The notes under the pieces were generated by a model that was given only the letters and a program-made list of their open reading frames with translations, ran no database searches and had not been told where the DNA came from. The translations under genes were made by a program, and so were the position numbers. A stretch of DNA of 25,082 bases from a virus. Taxonomy: Duplodnaviria; Caudoviricetes. The stretch spans positions 1-25,082 of the IMG/VR virus record IMGVR_UViG_3300037307_000014. One strand, written 5' to 3'. Position 1 is the stretch's first letter. Each line of letters opens with the position of its first letter. Of the stretch, positions 5,697 to 14,618 are shown piece by piece.

Positions 5697-7635
5697 CGAG
5701 TGGGGCGCGCAGAACCGCATCTATCCTGAGAGCGCAGGCATTCCCGGCCCGCGTGATCCTCACCTTACGCCGTACATGATCCCGTGGGCGCGTGCCGTCC
5801 ATGAGGGCGGCAAGTATCGGCGCTTTGTGGCGGTGACGGCGGCGCAGAGCGGCAAGACGGATGCGATCTTGGACCTGATGGGCGCGCGGCTGGATCAGAA
5901 GCCAGCGCCTATCTTGTACGTTGGTCCCACAAAGGCGTTCCTCACGGATCAGTTTGAGCCGCGCCTGATGGGCTTGCTGGATGAAGCGGAGACGCTGAAA
6001 CGGAAAGTCATCCGTGGCCGGATGATCAAGAAGACGCTCAAGCTGGTTGCGGGTGTTCGGGTGCGCCTTGCGCACGCTGGATCATCTTCCGCACTCAAGT
6101 CAGACCCCGCTGCCATAGCGTTCATTGACGAGTACGATGAAATGTATCGGAGCGTCATGGGGCAGGGTGATGTGCTGGGCTTGGTTGAAGCGCGCGGCGT
6201 GACTTATGCCGACTTTGCAACGGCAGTGACAAGCACGCCATCTAAAGGGCTGGTTGACATAGTGTCGGATGCGGAGAGCGGCCTTGATTTCTGGAAAGAG
6301 GTCAACGCCGAAGACATTGAAAGCCCGATCTGGCGCTTGTGGCAGGAAGGCACGCGGTACCATTGGGCATGGCCTTGCATGCAATGCGGAGAGTATTTCA
6401 TCCCGCGCTTCAAGCTGCTCAAGTGGCCTAATCGCGGGACGCCTTCTCAGGCCAAGCGTGAGACGGTGATGATCTGTCCCAAGTGCGGCTTCCCTCATGA
6501 GGACGCGGCACACAAGGCGGCCATGAATGAGCGCGGCGTCTATGTTGCGCCGGGCCAGAAGGTTGACAAGAAAGGCAACGTGACGGGAAGCCCGCCAGAC
6601 ACGCCGACCTATAGCGTGTGGGTGAGCGGCCTTTGCTCTCCGTTTGTGTCTTGGGGCCAGCGCATTGAAACGTATCTGACCGCCATGGCATCCGGTGATG
6701 AAGACCGGGTGCAGACGGCCATGAACGCGGGCATGGGTGAACTGTACTCGCTCAGCGCCAGCGGCGACACGCCGGAATGGCATGAAATCATGGAGCGCCG
6801 CCTTCCGTACAAGCGCGGCGACATACCGAGCCAAGTGCTGCGCGTGGTCATGGGCGTGGACGTACAGAAGCTTTCACTGCGCTACACCATACGCGGCTTC
6901 GGCGCGCGCGGCGCGTCATGGCTCTTGGATTGGGGCCAGCTATACGGCCACACTGACGATGACCAAGTGTGGGATGACTTGGCCGATCTGATGATGACGC
7001 CGATTGGTGACTTGCACATTGAGCGCGTGTTCATAGACAGCGGCTTCCGGCCCAATAAGCCGGACAGCGGTGATGAACACAAGGTCTATGAGTTCTGCCG
7101 CCGCTATCCATGGATGGCCTTCCCCACAAAGGGCAAGGACACCATGTCGCCGCCTTACCGCGTGTCGAAAATTGAAATCACGCCAAAGGGCAAGAAGGCA
7201 ACGTATTCGATCAACCTTTCATGGATCAGCACTGACTTTTTCAAGTCGCTGATTATGTCACGCATCAGGACGCCGCAGGACAAGAGCGGCGGCTTCTTTG
7301 TGCCAAGTGACATTGATGAGGACTATTGCAGACAGGTTGTCAGCGAGGTGCGCGTTGTCAACCGTGAGACTGGAAAGCCTGAGTGGATACCGCGTAGCAG
7401 ACAGAACCACTTTCTTGACTGTGAAGCGCTTTGTGCCGCCGCCGCTTATATTCTCAACGTGCAACGAATACCGGAGGGTGCTGTGCGGCAGCAGGCCGAT
7501 GACAATTCGGATGACGCCGTTGGCTCCGATCCGGAGGGACCGCCTGTCACTGTGCCCCCGGTGCAGGCGGTCCCGACCAACAAAGTTAATCTAAGGAACA
7601 GGTTCGCCAACCTGTCGAGAGGATTTAACAGGTAA
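5626..7635 (+). CDS. Terminase large subunit, lambda GpA family
   Basis: Walker A-like 'AAQSGKT', Walker B 'AFIDEYD', 'TSTP', zinc-ribbon CxxC pairs (CMQC, CPKC), nuclease 'MGVDVQ', 'FIDSG', 'NHFLDCE'. Start chosen at ATG 5626 (the ORF track opens at 5560); start is uncertain. Confidence 0.93.
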   Translation: MNGRSQLYRLAATLWKPAPKLTPDEWGAQNRIYPESAGIPGPRDPHLTPYMIPWARAVHEGGKYRRFVAVTAAQSGKTDAILDLMGARLDQKPAPILYVGPTKAFLTDQFEPRLMGLLDEAETLKRKVIRGRMIKKTLKLVAGVRVRLAHAGSSSALKSDPAAIAFIDEYDEMYRSVMGQGDVLGLVEARGVTYADFATAVTSTPSKGLVDIVSDAESGLDFWKEVNAEDIESPIWRLWQEGTRYHWAWPCMQCGEYFIPRFKLLKWPNRGTPSQAKRETVMICPKCGFPHEDAAHKAAMNERGVYVAPGQKVDKKGNVTGSPPDTPTYSVWVSGLCSPFVSWGQRIETYLTAMASGDEDRVQTAMNAGMGELYSLSASGDTPEWHEIMERRLPYKRGDIPSQVLRVVMGVDVQKLSLRYTIRGFGARGASWLLDWGQLYGHTDDDQVWDDLADLMMTPIGDLHIERVFIDSGFRPNKPDSGDEHKVYEFCRRYPWMAFPTKGKDTMSPPYRVSKIEITPKGKKATYSINLSWISTDFFKSLIMSRIRTPQDKSGGFFVPSDIDEDYCRQVVSEVRVVNRETGKPEWIPRSRQNHFLDCEALCAAAAYILNVQRIPEGAVRQQADDNSDDAVGSDPEGPPVTVPPVQAVPTNKVNLRNRFANLSRGFNR

Positions 7636-7639
7636 CGCA

Positions 7640-9265
7640 ATGAGCATCATGCAAAAACTGCGCGACATGATAGCGCCTCCCGTGGGCGCGCCATCACTGC
7701 CAGCGCCGCGCGCGGAGTTCATGCGCGGTGGCCGTGGCATCGTCATGGCTGGCTGGAAGCCTCAGCTTCGCGATGCGGCGGTGGACGTTGGCAATGCGTG
7801 GAATGACGCGGCGGCCCGCGCACTGGACACGATCCACAATAGCGGATGGATTGCTGGTGCCATAGATCAGGCGGTGGCCAATACCGTTGGCACTGGACTG
7901 CGGATCAAGGTCGCGCCGGAAAACGATCAGCTTGGCATGACGGATGAGCAGGCGCGTGAGTGGTCGCGCAACGTGGAGCAGCGCTTTGGCCTTTGGGCCA
8001 ATGACCGCGTTGAGTGTGACATTGAGGGCCGCCGCACGTTCGGGCAGATGCAGGCTGCCGTCCTGCGCAGCTACTTTGCCACGGGTGAAGCCTTCGCGGA
8101 GATACCGTGGAGGAAGCGCAAGGCTTACGGCACCAAGGTCCGGCTGATCGCCTCTCACCGCGTGTCAATGCGTGATGATGTGATGAAGCGTGTTCAGCAG
8201 GGCGTCCGCATGGATGCTGACGGCTTTCCCGTGGCCTACATCGCGCGCAAGAAGGACAGCGTGCTTGGTGAGGTGGAATGGGACGTTCCGGCCTTTGACC
8301 GCTTGTGGCGTCCGCGCGTGGTGCATTGCTTTGACGGCATGCCCGGCCAAGTGCGCGGCATCACGCCGCTTGTCCCGGCCTTGCGCGTGGCGCGCCAGTT
8401 CGACCAGCTTGCGGATGCCACGCTCACCGCTGCCATGGTGCAGGCCACCTTTGCGGCCACGATCACAAGCGATGAGCCGACTGAGGAAGTGCTTAGCGGC
8501 CTTATCACGCCGCAGGAGCAGGCGCGCTTGGCCGCAACAGGATCTTCCATTTGGGATGCGTGGTTTGAAGCGCAGTCCGGCTGGTATGATAGCGCGACTA
8601 TCAACGTGGGCATCAACGGGCGCATCGCTCACCTGTTTCCCGGCCAGAAGATGGAGTTTCTGAGCGCCAACCATCCGAACAGCGACTATAAGGATTTCAG
8701 CCTTCACCTCTTGCGTGAAATCGCGCGGTGCTTGGGCCTCACCTATGAGAGCGCGACGGGTGACTATGAGGGCGCAACCTATTCATCCGTCCGCATGGCA
8801 ACGGGTGAGGTCTTCCAGATCACACAGTATCGCCGGGCCTTCATCATCGCGCCGTTCTGCCAAGCCGCCTATGAGGCGTGGCTTGAGGAGGAAATTGAGG
8901 CTGGCACCATTCCGTTTCCGGGCGGGATTGATGCCTTCCACCGCAACAGGGCCGCCGCCTGCCGGGCGTTGTGGCGCGGTGCGCCCAAGGTGCAGGCGGA
9001 TGAGAACAAGGCCGCGCAGGCCCATAAGACTTACCGGGACATGGGCGTGATGACGGATGAAATGATCGCCAACGATCTTGGCGTGGACATTGAGGATGTC
9101 TATGTCCAGCGCGCCCGTGAGGCTGAAATGCGCAAGACCTATGGCCTCAAGGATGAGGTTGAGCGGCAGGAAGAAATGCAGCGCCAGCAAATGGAGCAGC
9201 AGGCGCAACAGCAGGCGGAAAACGCTGAGAAGGATGAGGCGGTGAACGATGACCGTACAGATTGA
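7640..9265 (+). CDS. Portal protein, lambda family
   Basis: 'NTVGTGLR', 'CDIEGRRTFGQMQ', 'PGQVRGITPL', 'LREIARCLGLTYESATGDYEGATYSSVR'; follows the terminase. Confidence 0.93.
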   Translation: MSIMQKLRDMIAPPVGAPSLPAPRAEFMRGGRGIVMAGWKPQLRDAAVDVGNAWNDAAARALDTIHNSGWIAGAIDQAVANTVGTGLRIKVAPENDQLGMTDEQAREWSRNVEQRFGLWANDRVECDIEGRRTFGQMQAAVLRSYFATGEAFAEIPWRKRKAYGTKVRLIASHRVSMRDDVMKRVQQGVRMDADGFPVAYIARKKDSVLGEVEWDVPAFDRLWRPRVVHCFDGMPGQVRGITPLVPALRVARQFDQLADATLTAAMVQATFAATITSDEPTEEVLSGLITPQEQARLAATGSSIWDAWFEAQSGWYDSATINVGINGRIAHLFPGQKMEFLSANHPNSDYKDFSLHLLREIARCLGLTYESATGDYEGATYSSVRMATGEVFQITQYRRAFIIAPFCQAAYEAWLEEEIEAGTIPFPGGIDAFHRNRAAACRALWRGAPKVQADENKAAQAHKTYRDMGVMTDEMIANDLGVDIEDVYVQRAREAEMRKTYGLKDEVERQEEMQRQQMEQQAQQQAENAEKDEAVNDDRTD

Positions 9266-9503
9266 TTTCACCAATCCGTGCGCGGTGGCAACTGCGCTCC
9301 GTGAGGTGCTTTCCCGCGCCATGCTGGAAGGCCGCGTTGAGGAAGTGGAGTTTGCGGCGGGCAATGGATCGTCACGCCGCATGAAGCGTAACTATGCGAC
9401 CATTTCAGAATTGAAGGCGCACATCGCGCAGTTAGACAACGAGTGCAAGCTGACAACGACCGGGCGGCCATCCCGCTTTGGCCTGCGCGCAGGAGGTATG
9501 TGA
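9249..9503 (+). CDS. Head-tail joining protein, lambda gpW-like
   Basis: 84 aa, 'EEVEFAAGNGSSRRMKRNYATISELKAHIAQLDNEC...GRPSR' resembles the gpW helix-hairpin-helix pattern; overlaps the portal end and is coupled (TGATG) to the protease. Confidence 0.65.
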   Translation: MTVQIDFTNPCAVATALREVLSRAMLEGRVEEVEFAAGNGSSRRMKRNYATISELKAHIAQLDNECKLTTTGRPSRFGLRAGGM

Positions 9504-10777
9504 TGGATAGCCTTTTCAGGATCGCGGAACGCCTGTTCAACCATCCGCTCCTTCTTGCGCCTGAGAAGGCGCAGATCATCCTTGAGGTGCTGAGCGGCAG
9601 GATCGGCAACATCAGTGCTGACCTTGGCATTGACATGACCACGCCGGAAGCCAACCGCATTTCGGTGATGACGCGCCCGGAGAACATGCCGCTTGCGCAG
9701 ATCAACAATGGCGTGGCCCACATCCCGGTCATCGGCTCCCTTGTCAACCGTGGCGCATGGCTTGGCGCGCGCAGTGGAATGACTTCCTATGAGGGCGTTG
9801 AGGCTCAGCTTCGCGACATGGCAATGAACAGGGATGTTCATACCATCCTCTTGGACATTGACAGTCCGGGCGGCGAAGCCACGGGCATGTTCAGTCTTGC
9901 GTCATCCATCCGTGCGGTGCGCAGGGAGAAGCCCGTGGTGGCCTTGGTCAATGATGTGGCGGCCTCAGCCGCCTATGGCATTGCAAGCGCGGCCAGTGAG
10001 ATTGTGGTGTCTCCCACATCCATGATTGGCTCCATCGGCGTCATCATGCTGCACCGTGATGAAAGCGAGAAGATGCAGAAGGAGGGCGTGAAGCCCACGC
10101 TCATTTTCGCTGGCTCCCACAAGGCTGACGGCAACCCCTATGCGCCGTTGACGGATGCAGCGCGTGCCAACCTGCAATCCATGGTCTTTGCATTCTACGA
10201 TCAGTTTACCGCCGCCGTTGGCATGGGGCGCGGTGACAAATTCAATTCCGATGCGGCGCGGGCCACTCAGGCGCGTGTCTACATGGGTGAAGAAGCGATC
10301 CAGCTTGGCATGGCTGATCGTCTTTCTACTTTTGCCGATCTTTTGAATGAACTGCAATCGACCCCGCGTGCGGGGCGCAACTCAACAAGGAGAACGCTCA
10401 CAATGAACAGTGAGAATGGCGCTCCCGCCGCCGTGACTGCGGGAATTACAGATGCAGAGCGCAACGCCTTCCGCGCAGAAGGCGCAATGGCTGAGCGCGC
10501 GCGCATCGCTTCCATCCTGCGGCTTGAAGAAGCGCAGGGCCGGGAGGCTCAGGCCACAATGATTGCGCTTGAGACGGACATGAACGCGGAGCAGGCACAG
10601 AAGGTGCTTGCTGTTTCGCCCAAGGCCGACAAGGCGGCTGCTCCCGCAATCGCGGAGCGGGCCGCTGAGTTCAACGGCTTTGACCACGCGCCCAAGGTTG
10701 ACAAGACCGAGGCCGTGCGCAGCGGTTGGGCCAAGGCGGCTCAGAACGCCAATCGCGCCATTGGCGTGAAGATTTAA
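9503..10777 (+). CDS. Capsid maturation protease, S49/SppA family (lambda gpC-like), with C-terminal scaffold
   Basis: 'LLDIDSPGGEA', 'AASAAYGIASAA', 'GSIGV', 'GSHKADGNPY'. ATG 9503 follows a strong AGGAGG RBS (9491-9496), so it is preferred over 9443. Confidence 0.92.
   Translation: MDSLFRIAERLFNHPLLLAPEKAQIILEVLSGRIGNISADLGIDMTTPEANRISVMTRPENMPLAQINNGVAHIPVIGSLVNRGAWLGARSGMTSYEGVEAQLRDMAMNRDVHTILLDIDSPGGEATGMFSLASSIRAVRREKPVVALVNDVAASAAYGIASAASEIVVSPTSMIGSIGVIMLHRDESEKMQKEGVKPTLIFAGSHKADGNPYAPLTDAARANLQSMVFAFYDQFTAAVGMGRGDKFNSDAARATQARVYMGEEAIQLGMADRLSTFADLLNELQSTPRAGRNSTRRTLTMNSENGAPAAVTAGITDAERNAFRAEGAMAERARIASILRLEEAQGREAQATMIALETDMNAEQAQKVLAVSPKADKAAAPAIAERAAEFNGFDHAPKVDKTEAVRSGWAKAAQNANRAIGVKI
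10403..10777 (+). CDS. Nested in-frame scaffolding protein (lambda Nu3-like)
   Basis: Internal AAGGAG (10387-10392) precedes an in-frame ATG at 10403; the product is Ala/Glu-rich and helical ('AEGAMAERARIASIL'), as in the lambda C/Nu3 arrangement. Confidence 0.6.
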   Translation: MNSENGAPAAVTAGITDAERNAFRAEGAMAERARIASILRLEEAQGREAQATMIALETDMNAEQAQKVLAVSPKADKAAAPAIAERAAEFNGFDHAPKVDKTEAVRSGWAKAAQNANRAIGVKI

Positions 10778-10807
10778 ACCCCTTTTTTCAGGTAAGGAGA
10801 AAATCCT

Positions 10808-11188
10808 ATGACCACATACACCGAAGGCCGCCACGCGACCGAAGGTCTTCTGTCAGAGGCTGAGTTTGGCCGTTCGCGTGACGTTGTGACCGTCAAGAGC
10901 GGTTCCGGCGTCATCAAGCCCGGCCATGTCCTCGGCAAGATCACGGTCGGCGGCAAGTATGCGCCGTCTGCCGCCGCTGAGGTGGTTGGCAATGAAGGCG
11001 CGGAAACCGCGCTGGCCATCGCGCTCTATGGCTGTGATGCCACTTCTGCAGATCAGCAGATCACCGTCATTGCGCGTGACGCGCAGTGGCGTGTGGACAC
11101 GCTGTCCTATGACGCCAGCGTGGACACCACGAATGAAAAGACCGCCAAGGCCACGCAGCTTGCGGCGGTCGGCATCATCATCCGCTAA
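10808..11188 (+). CDS. Head decoration protein (lambda gpD-like)
   Basis: 126 aa between protease and capsid; 'SRDVVTVKSG..IKPGHVLGKITVGGKY...A.AI...DAT'; AAGGAG RBS. Confidence 0.85.
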   Translation: MTTYTEGRHATEGLLSEAEFGRSRDVVTVKSGSGVIKPGHVLGKITVGGKYAPSAAAEVVGNEGAETALAIALYGCDATSADQQITVIARDAQWRVDTLSYDASVDTTNEKTAKATQLAAVGIIIR

Positions 11189-11220
11189 CTAGGCCCACGG
11201 CCAGAAAGGATCATTGAGCC

Positions 11221-12246
11221 ATGCTCGATATCTTCAACAACGACGCTTTCAGCGTCATCCGCATGACAGAGGGCATGCGGGAAATCTCATACGTTCCCGG
11301 TCGCATTGGGGAACTTGGTCTGTTTCAGGTGGAGAACATCGACACGCTTGATGTTGCCATTGAAAAGCAGGACAAGGAAAGCCTGATCCTTGTCCCGTCT
11401 TCGCCGCGCGGCTCCGTTGGTGGAACCCGTGACTTTGCGAAGCGGTCCATGCGCAAGCTGTCCGTTCCGCACTTCCAGCGGGAGGACGCCATCTACGCCG
11501 ATGAGGTCATGCAAGTGCGTGCCTTCAATACGGAGGACGCCGTTGAGACGTTGCAGGGCAAGATCGCCAACAAGGCTGTGACGCATTCTCAGGACTTCGC
11601 TCTGACGGAGGAGTTCCACCGCCTCAGCGTCATCAAGGCTGGCATCCTCTATGACAGTGACGGCACCACGCCCATCTACAACTACGGCACGGAGTTTGGC
11701 GAAAGCCTTCCGGCTGAGGTGGACATGGACCTTGACAACGCCACGCCAGCGGCGGGCGCGTTGCGCAAGAAGTGCGCATCACTGGTGCGCGCCATGGCGG
11801 ACAGCCTTGGCGGTCTTCCGTTCCGTGGCGTGATGGCAATCATGGGCAAGGCTTTTGCCGATGATTTCTATGCCCACAAGGAGGTGCGGGAAACCTATCT
11901 GAACTATTCGGCGGCGGCTGAACTGCGCGCCGGATATGTCAGCACCACGGGCAAGACCTACGGCGGCTTCGACTTCGGCGGCATCATGTGGGAAGAATAT
12001 CGCGGCGGCGGCTCTGTGGCCGTGGCTGATGACAAGGCCCATCTGTTCCCCATCGGCGTGCCGGGGCTGTTCAAGACGCTGTACGCGCCCGCTGACTACA
12101 TTGAGACGGTGAACCGTCCCGGCCAGCGGCTCTATGCAAAGCAGTGGCGGATGCCCAATGACAAGGGCATCAATCTGGAGTTCCAGATGAACGCGCTGCA
12201 CTACTGCACGCGCCCGCGCACGCTCATGCCGTTGCGCCGGACCTAA
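11221..12246 (+). CDS. Major capsid protein, lambda gpE family
   Basis: 341 aa, 'DIFNNDAFS', 'PGRIGELGLF', 'VPHF..EDAIYADEV', 'APADYIETVN..G..LYAKQ', 'NALHYCTRP'; canonical position. Confidence 0.92.
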   Translation: MLDIFNNDAFSVIRMTEGMREISYVPGRIGELGLFQVENIDTLDVAIEKQDKESLILVPSSPRGSVGGTRDFAKRSMRKLSVPHFQREDAIYADEVMQVRAFNTEDAVETLQGKIANKAVTHSQDFALTEEFHRLSVIKAGILYDSDGTTPIYNYGTEFGESLPAEVDMDLDNATPAAGALRKKCASLVRAMADSLGGLPFRGVMAIMGKAFADDFYAHKEVRETYLNYSAAAELRAGYVSTTGKTYGGFDFGGIMWEEYRGGGSVAVADDKAHLFPIGVPGLFKTLYAPADYIETVNRPGQRLYAKQWRMPNDKGINLEFQMNALHYCTRPRTLMPLRRT

Positions 12247-12262
12247 GCGGAGGCAGGCTCCT

Positions 12263-12670
12263 ATGGTTTCGCCATTTGATGACATGGACACGGCGCTATC
12301 TGCCGCCGTCCTCACCGCCTATGGCGAAACCGCACACATTGCACCTCGGCGCGCTGGTACCTACAGCGCGCCGGGTGCTGATGATGGACGCCAACCCGTC
12401 ATGGCGCTGGTTGTCCTGTCCGACACGCCGGGCCTTGAGTGGCTATCAGGCGCGCGCCGTGGCTCTGAACTGACAGGCGGAACGCGCGTTGCCGTTTCCG
12501 AAGCTGAGGTATGGATGAGCAAGGCGCAAGCTGAGGAACTTGGCTTCAAGCTGGCCAAGGGTGACAAGATTTCATTCCCATCACGCGGCGCGGCCTACAA
12601 CGTGGTTTCCGTCATGGTGACGGACATGGGCGATGTGCGCGCGCTTGTGGTCAGGGAAGGTGAGCAATGA
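12263..12670 (+). CDS. Putative head-tail joining/closure protein (gpFII-like)
   Basis: 135 aa after the capsid gene; C-terminal 'KGDKISF...YNVVSV..DMGDVRALV' beta pattern; GGAGG RBS. Call is mainly from synteny. Confidence 0.55.
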   Translation: MVSPFDDMDTALSAAVLTAYGETAHIAPRRAGTYSAPGADDGRQPVMALVVLSDTPGLEWLSGARRGSELTGGTRVAVSEAEVWMSKAQAEELGFKLAKGDKISFPSRGAAYNVVSVMVTDMGDVRALVVREGEQ

Positions 12671-13488
12671 GCATCACGCGCACCGCCGTTCGCCTTGCCG
12701 CTGCGCGGGCTGTGACCAACAGAACGCTTGCGGGAAACCGCGTGCATGACAGTGCCATTGAGCCGATTGACGTTGCCATCAGTGAGGTGAGGCTTCCGCT
12801 TATCACCGTGTTCACTGATGATGACATGACGGATGCCATAGGTCGCGACACATGGCAGGGGCGGCGGGAACTGGACCTGATATTTGAGGTGGCCGTGGCA
12901 ACGTCTGTTCAGGATGGCGCGTTCACCATCCCTGAGACTGACTTTGGCTTTGAGTGGACGCTGGACATAATTGAGCATCAGATTGAGCGCGCGCTGTTTG
13001 ATGAAGGCACGCCGTGGTCATCCATCTTCATGTCTCTGGTGCCTCGCATCCATAGCAAGGCATCAAGGCGCGGTGCCAGCGCTGAGCGCGGCGTGCGCTT
13101 CGCGGCCCGCCAGATTGTTTACAAGGTCGATCCCATTGCAGCGCCCATGCCGGGCGCGGCCATTGATGCAGCGCTTCCCTATGGCCGCCTGATCGCTGCC
13201 ATGGAGCAGGATGCGGACCTTGCTGAGTACGGCACGTTCCTGCGCAACATCATTGAGACGCCCATGAAACCGGATTGGAAGCGCGCGGCGGAAGCGATCG
13301 GCCTCACGCGCGCGGACGCGGAAGCCATAGGCATCGCGCCGTTTGATCTGACGGAGCAAGGTGAGCCGCCTATCGTGGAGCAGGTGGAGGTGGTGGCTGA
13401 TGGCCCGGCCTTCACGGAGACTGTGCGCGGGCGCGGCGCGGCCTTGTCCGGCACATCAGACTTGAACGCTGACGGCGTGAAAGAGTGA
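12667..13488 (+). CDS. Putative neck/tail terminator protein
   Basis: 273 aa, ATGA-coupled; 'TLAGNRVHDS...LPLITVFTDDD' resembles tail-terminator-type N-termini; lies between the head closure gene and the baseplate. Confidence 0.45.
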   Translation: MSITRTAVRLAAARAVTNRTLAGNRVHDSAIEPIDVAISEVRLPLITVFTDDDMTDAIGRDTWQGRRELDLIFEVAVATSVQDGAFTIPETDFGFEWTLDIIEHQIERALFDEGTPWSSIFMSLVPRIHSKASRRGASAERGVRFAARQIVYKVDPIAAPMPGAAIDAALPYGRLIAAMEQDADLAEYGTFLRNIIETPMKPDWKRAAEAIGLTRADAEAIGIAPFDLTEQGEPPIVEQVEVVADGPAFTETVRGRGAALSGTSDLNADGVKE

Positions 13489-13489
13489 C

Positions 13490-14020
13490 ATGCGGGAACT
13501 GGTTGAACTTGCATCGCGGGTGGCAGACCTTGAGCGCCGCTTTTCCGGAGTGGTTCGCCACGGCACTGTGGATCAGGTGGACCCTGCAAAGCAGATAGTG
13601 CGCCTCAAATTCGGTGAGGACAAGGACGGCAATCCCTTTCTCTCGCCGTGGGTGCCTTACGCGCAGATTGCAGGGGCATTGAAGGTCCACACGCCACCAA
13701 GCGTTGGCCAGCAAATGTCAACGCTTTCACCGTCTGGTGACTGGATGCAGTCAATAGCGCTGCCCATGCACTGGTCGGATCAGAATGCTTCGCCTTCGCA
13801 GAACGGTGATGAGAACGTGCTGACCTATGGCAACGTGCGGGCCACCATAAAGGATGACCTTGTGCAGATCACCGTGGGCGGCGTCACCGTCAACATATCA
13901 AGCGATGGCGTGGCCATCACGGGCGGCAAGGTCACGCATAACGGAAAGAACATCGGCTCCACTCACATCCACGGCGGCGTTGTGCCGGGCGGTGGGCTTA
14001 CTGACGTTCCAGCAAACTAG
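13490..14020 (+). CDS. Baseplate assembly/spike protein V (P2 gpV-like)
   Basis: OB-fold 'VRHGTVDQVDPAK..VRL...SPWVP....AG....PPSVGQQ...LSPSGD' and C-terminal metal-binding HxH tip 'GSTHIHGGV'. Confidence 0.9.
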   Translation: MRELVELASRVADLERRFSGVVRHGTVDQVDPAKQIVRLKFGEDKDGNPFLSPWVPYAQIAGALKVHTPPSVGQQMSTLSPSGDWMQSIALPMHWSDQNASPSQNGDENVLTYGNVRATIKDDLVQITVGGVTVNISSDGVAITGGKVTHNGKNIGSTHIHGGVVPGGGLTDVPAN

Positions 14021-14035
14021 CAACGGAGAAGGACC

Positions 14036-14200
14036 ATGCAGACACTTATCGTTCTACTCATTCTTGCGGCGGCGGTTTACATCGGGTGGAAGTCCAAGAC
14101 GCCGGAAGGGTGGGACGTCAAGAAGGGCTTCGCCGCACTGGCCGCGCTTGCTCTTGCGGCGTGGGCTGCAATGACTGACTGGCTTTCGGCCCTCCCGTAA
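14036..14200 (+). CDS. Small membrane protein, 54 aa (below the ORF-track cut-off)
   Basis: GGAGAAGGA RBS then ATG; translates MQTLIVLLILAAAVYIGWKSKTPEGWDVKKGFAALAALALAAWAAMTDWLSALP*; fills the V-W gap almost exactly; two hydrophobic stretches. Confidence 0.75.
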   Translation: MQTLIVLLILAAAVYIGWKSKTPEGWDVKKGFAALAALALAAWAAMTDWLSALP

Positions 14201-14204
14201 GCAG

Positions 14205-14618
14205 ATGGCAGACCTGACAAGCCCAAGCGTTGGCATTGACCGCGAGACAGGCGGCACCATCACGGGATGGGAGCATGTCTTGCAGTCATTGCAGGACATA
14301 TTCACCACGCGGTTCGGTGAGCGCATCATGCGGGAATGGTACGGCAGCAACGTGAGCAACTTGCTTGGCCGCAACATCGTGCCGCGTGAGGTGACGGGCT
14401 ACTTTCAGGAATTGCTTGCGCCCATTGAGCAATGGGAGCCGCGCTTCCGCGTGGTGCAGATCATGGCCTTGAAGGTCACGCGGGACGGTCAGTTTCATTT
14501 CTACATCGACGGAGAGTACAGGCCGCGCGCAACCTACGGCGATTTCACCGTTGAGGGCGCGCGGCGCATCTATGGATCATCAGCCGTCAATGGCACTGTG
14601 CTGGAGCGTTACGAATGA
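14205..14618 (+). CDS. Baseplate wedge protein, gpW/gp25 family
   Basis: 'GIDRETG..ITGWEHVLQSLQDIFTTRFGERIMREWYGS...IEQWEPRFRV'. Confidence 0.92.
   Translation: MADLTSPSVGIDRETGGTITGWEHVLQSLQDIFTTRFGERIMREWYGSNVSNLLGRNIVPREVTGYFQELLAPIEQWEPRFRVVQIMALKVTRDGQFHFYIDGEYRPRATYGDFTVEGARRIYGSSAVNGTVLERYE

Noticed and set aside
9150-9265. Gln/Glu-rich portal C-terminus (CAG-rich DNA)
   Set aside because: Ordinary low-complexity portal tail; too short and irregular to call a repeat.
10777-10790. T-run after the protease gene as a terminator
   Set aside because: No adequate GC stem directly before it, and it lies inside the head operon.
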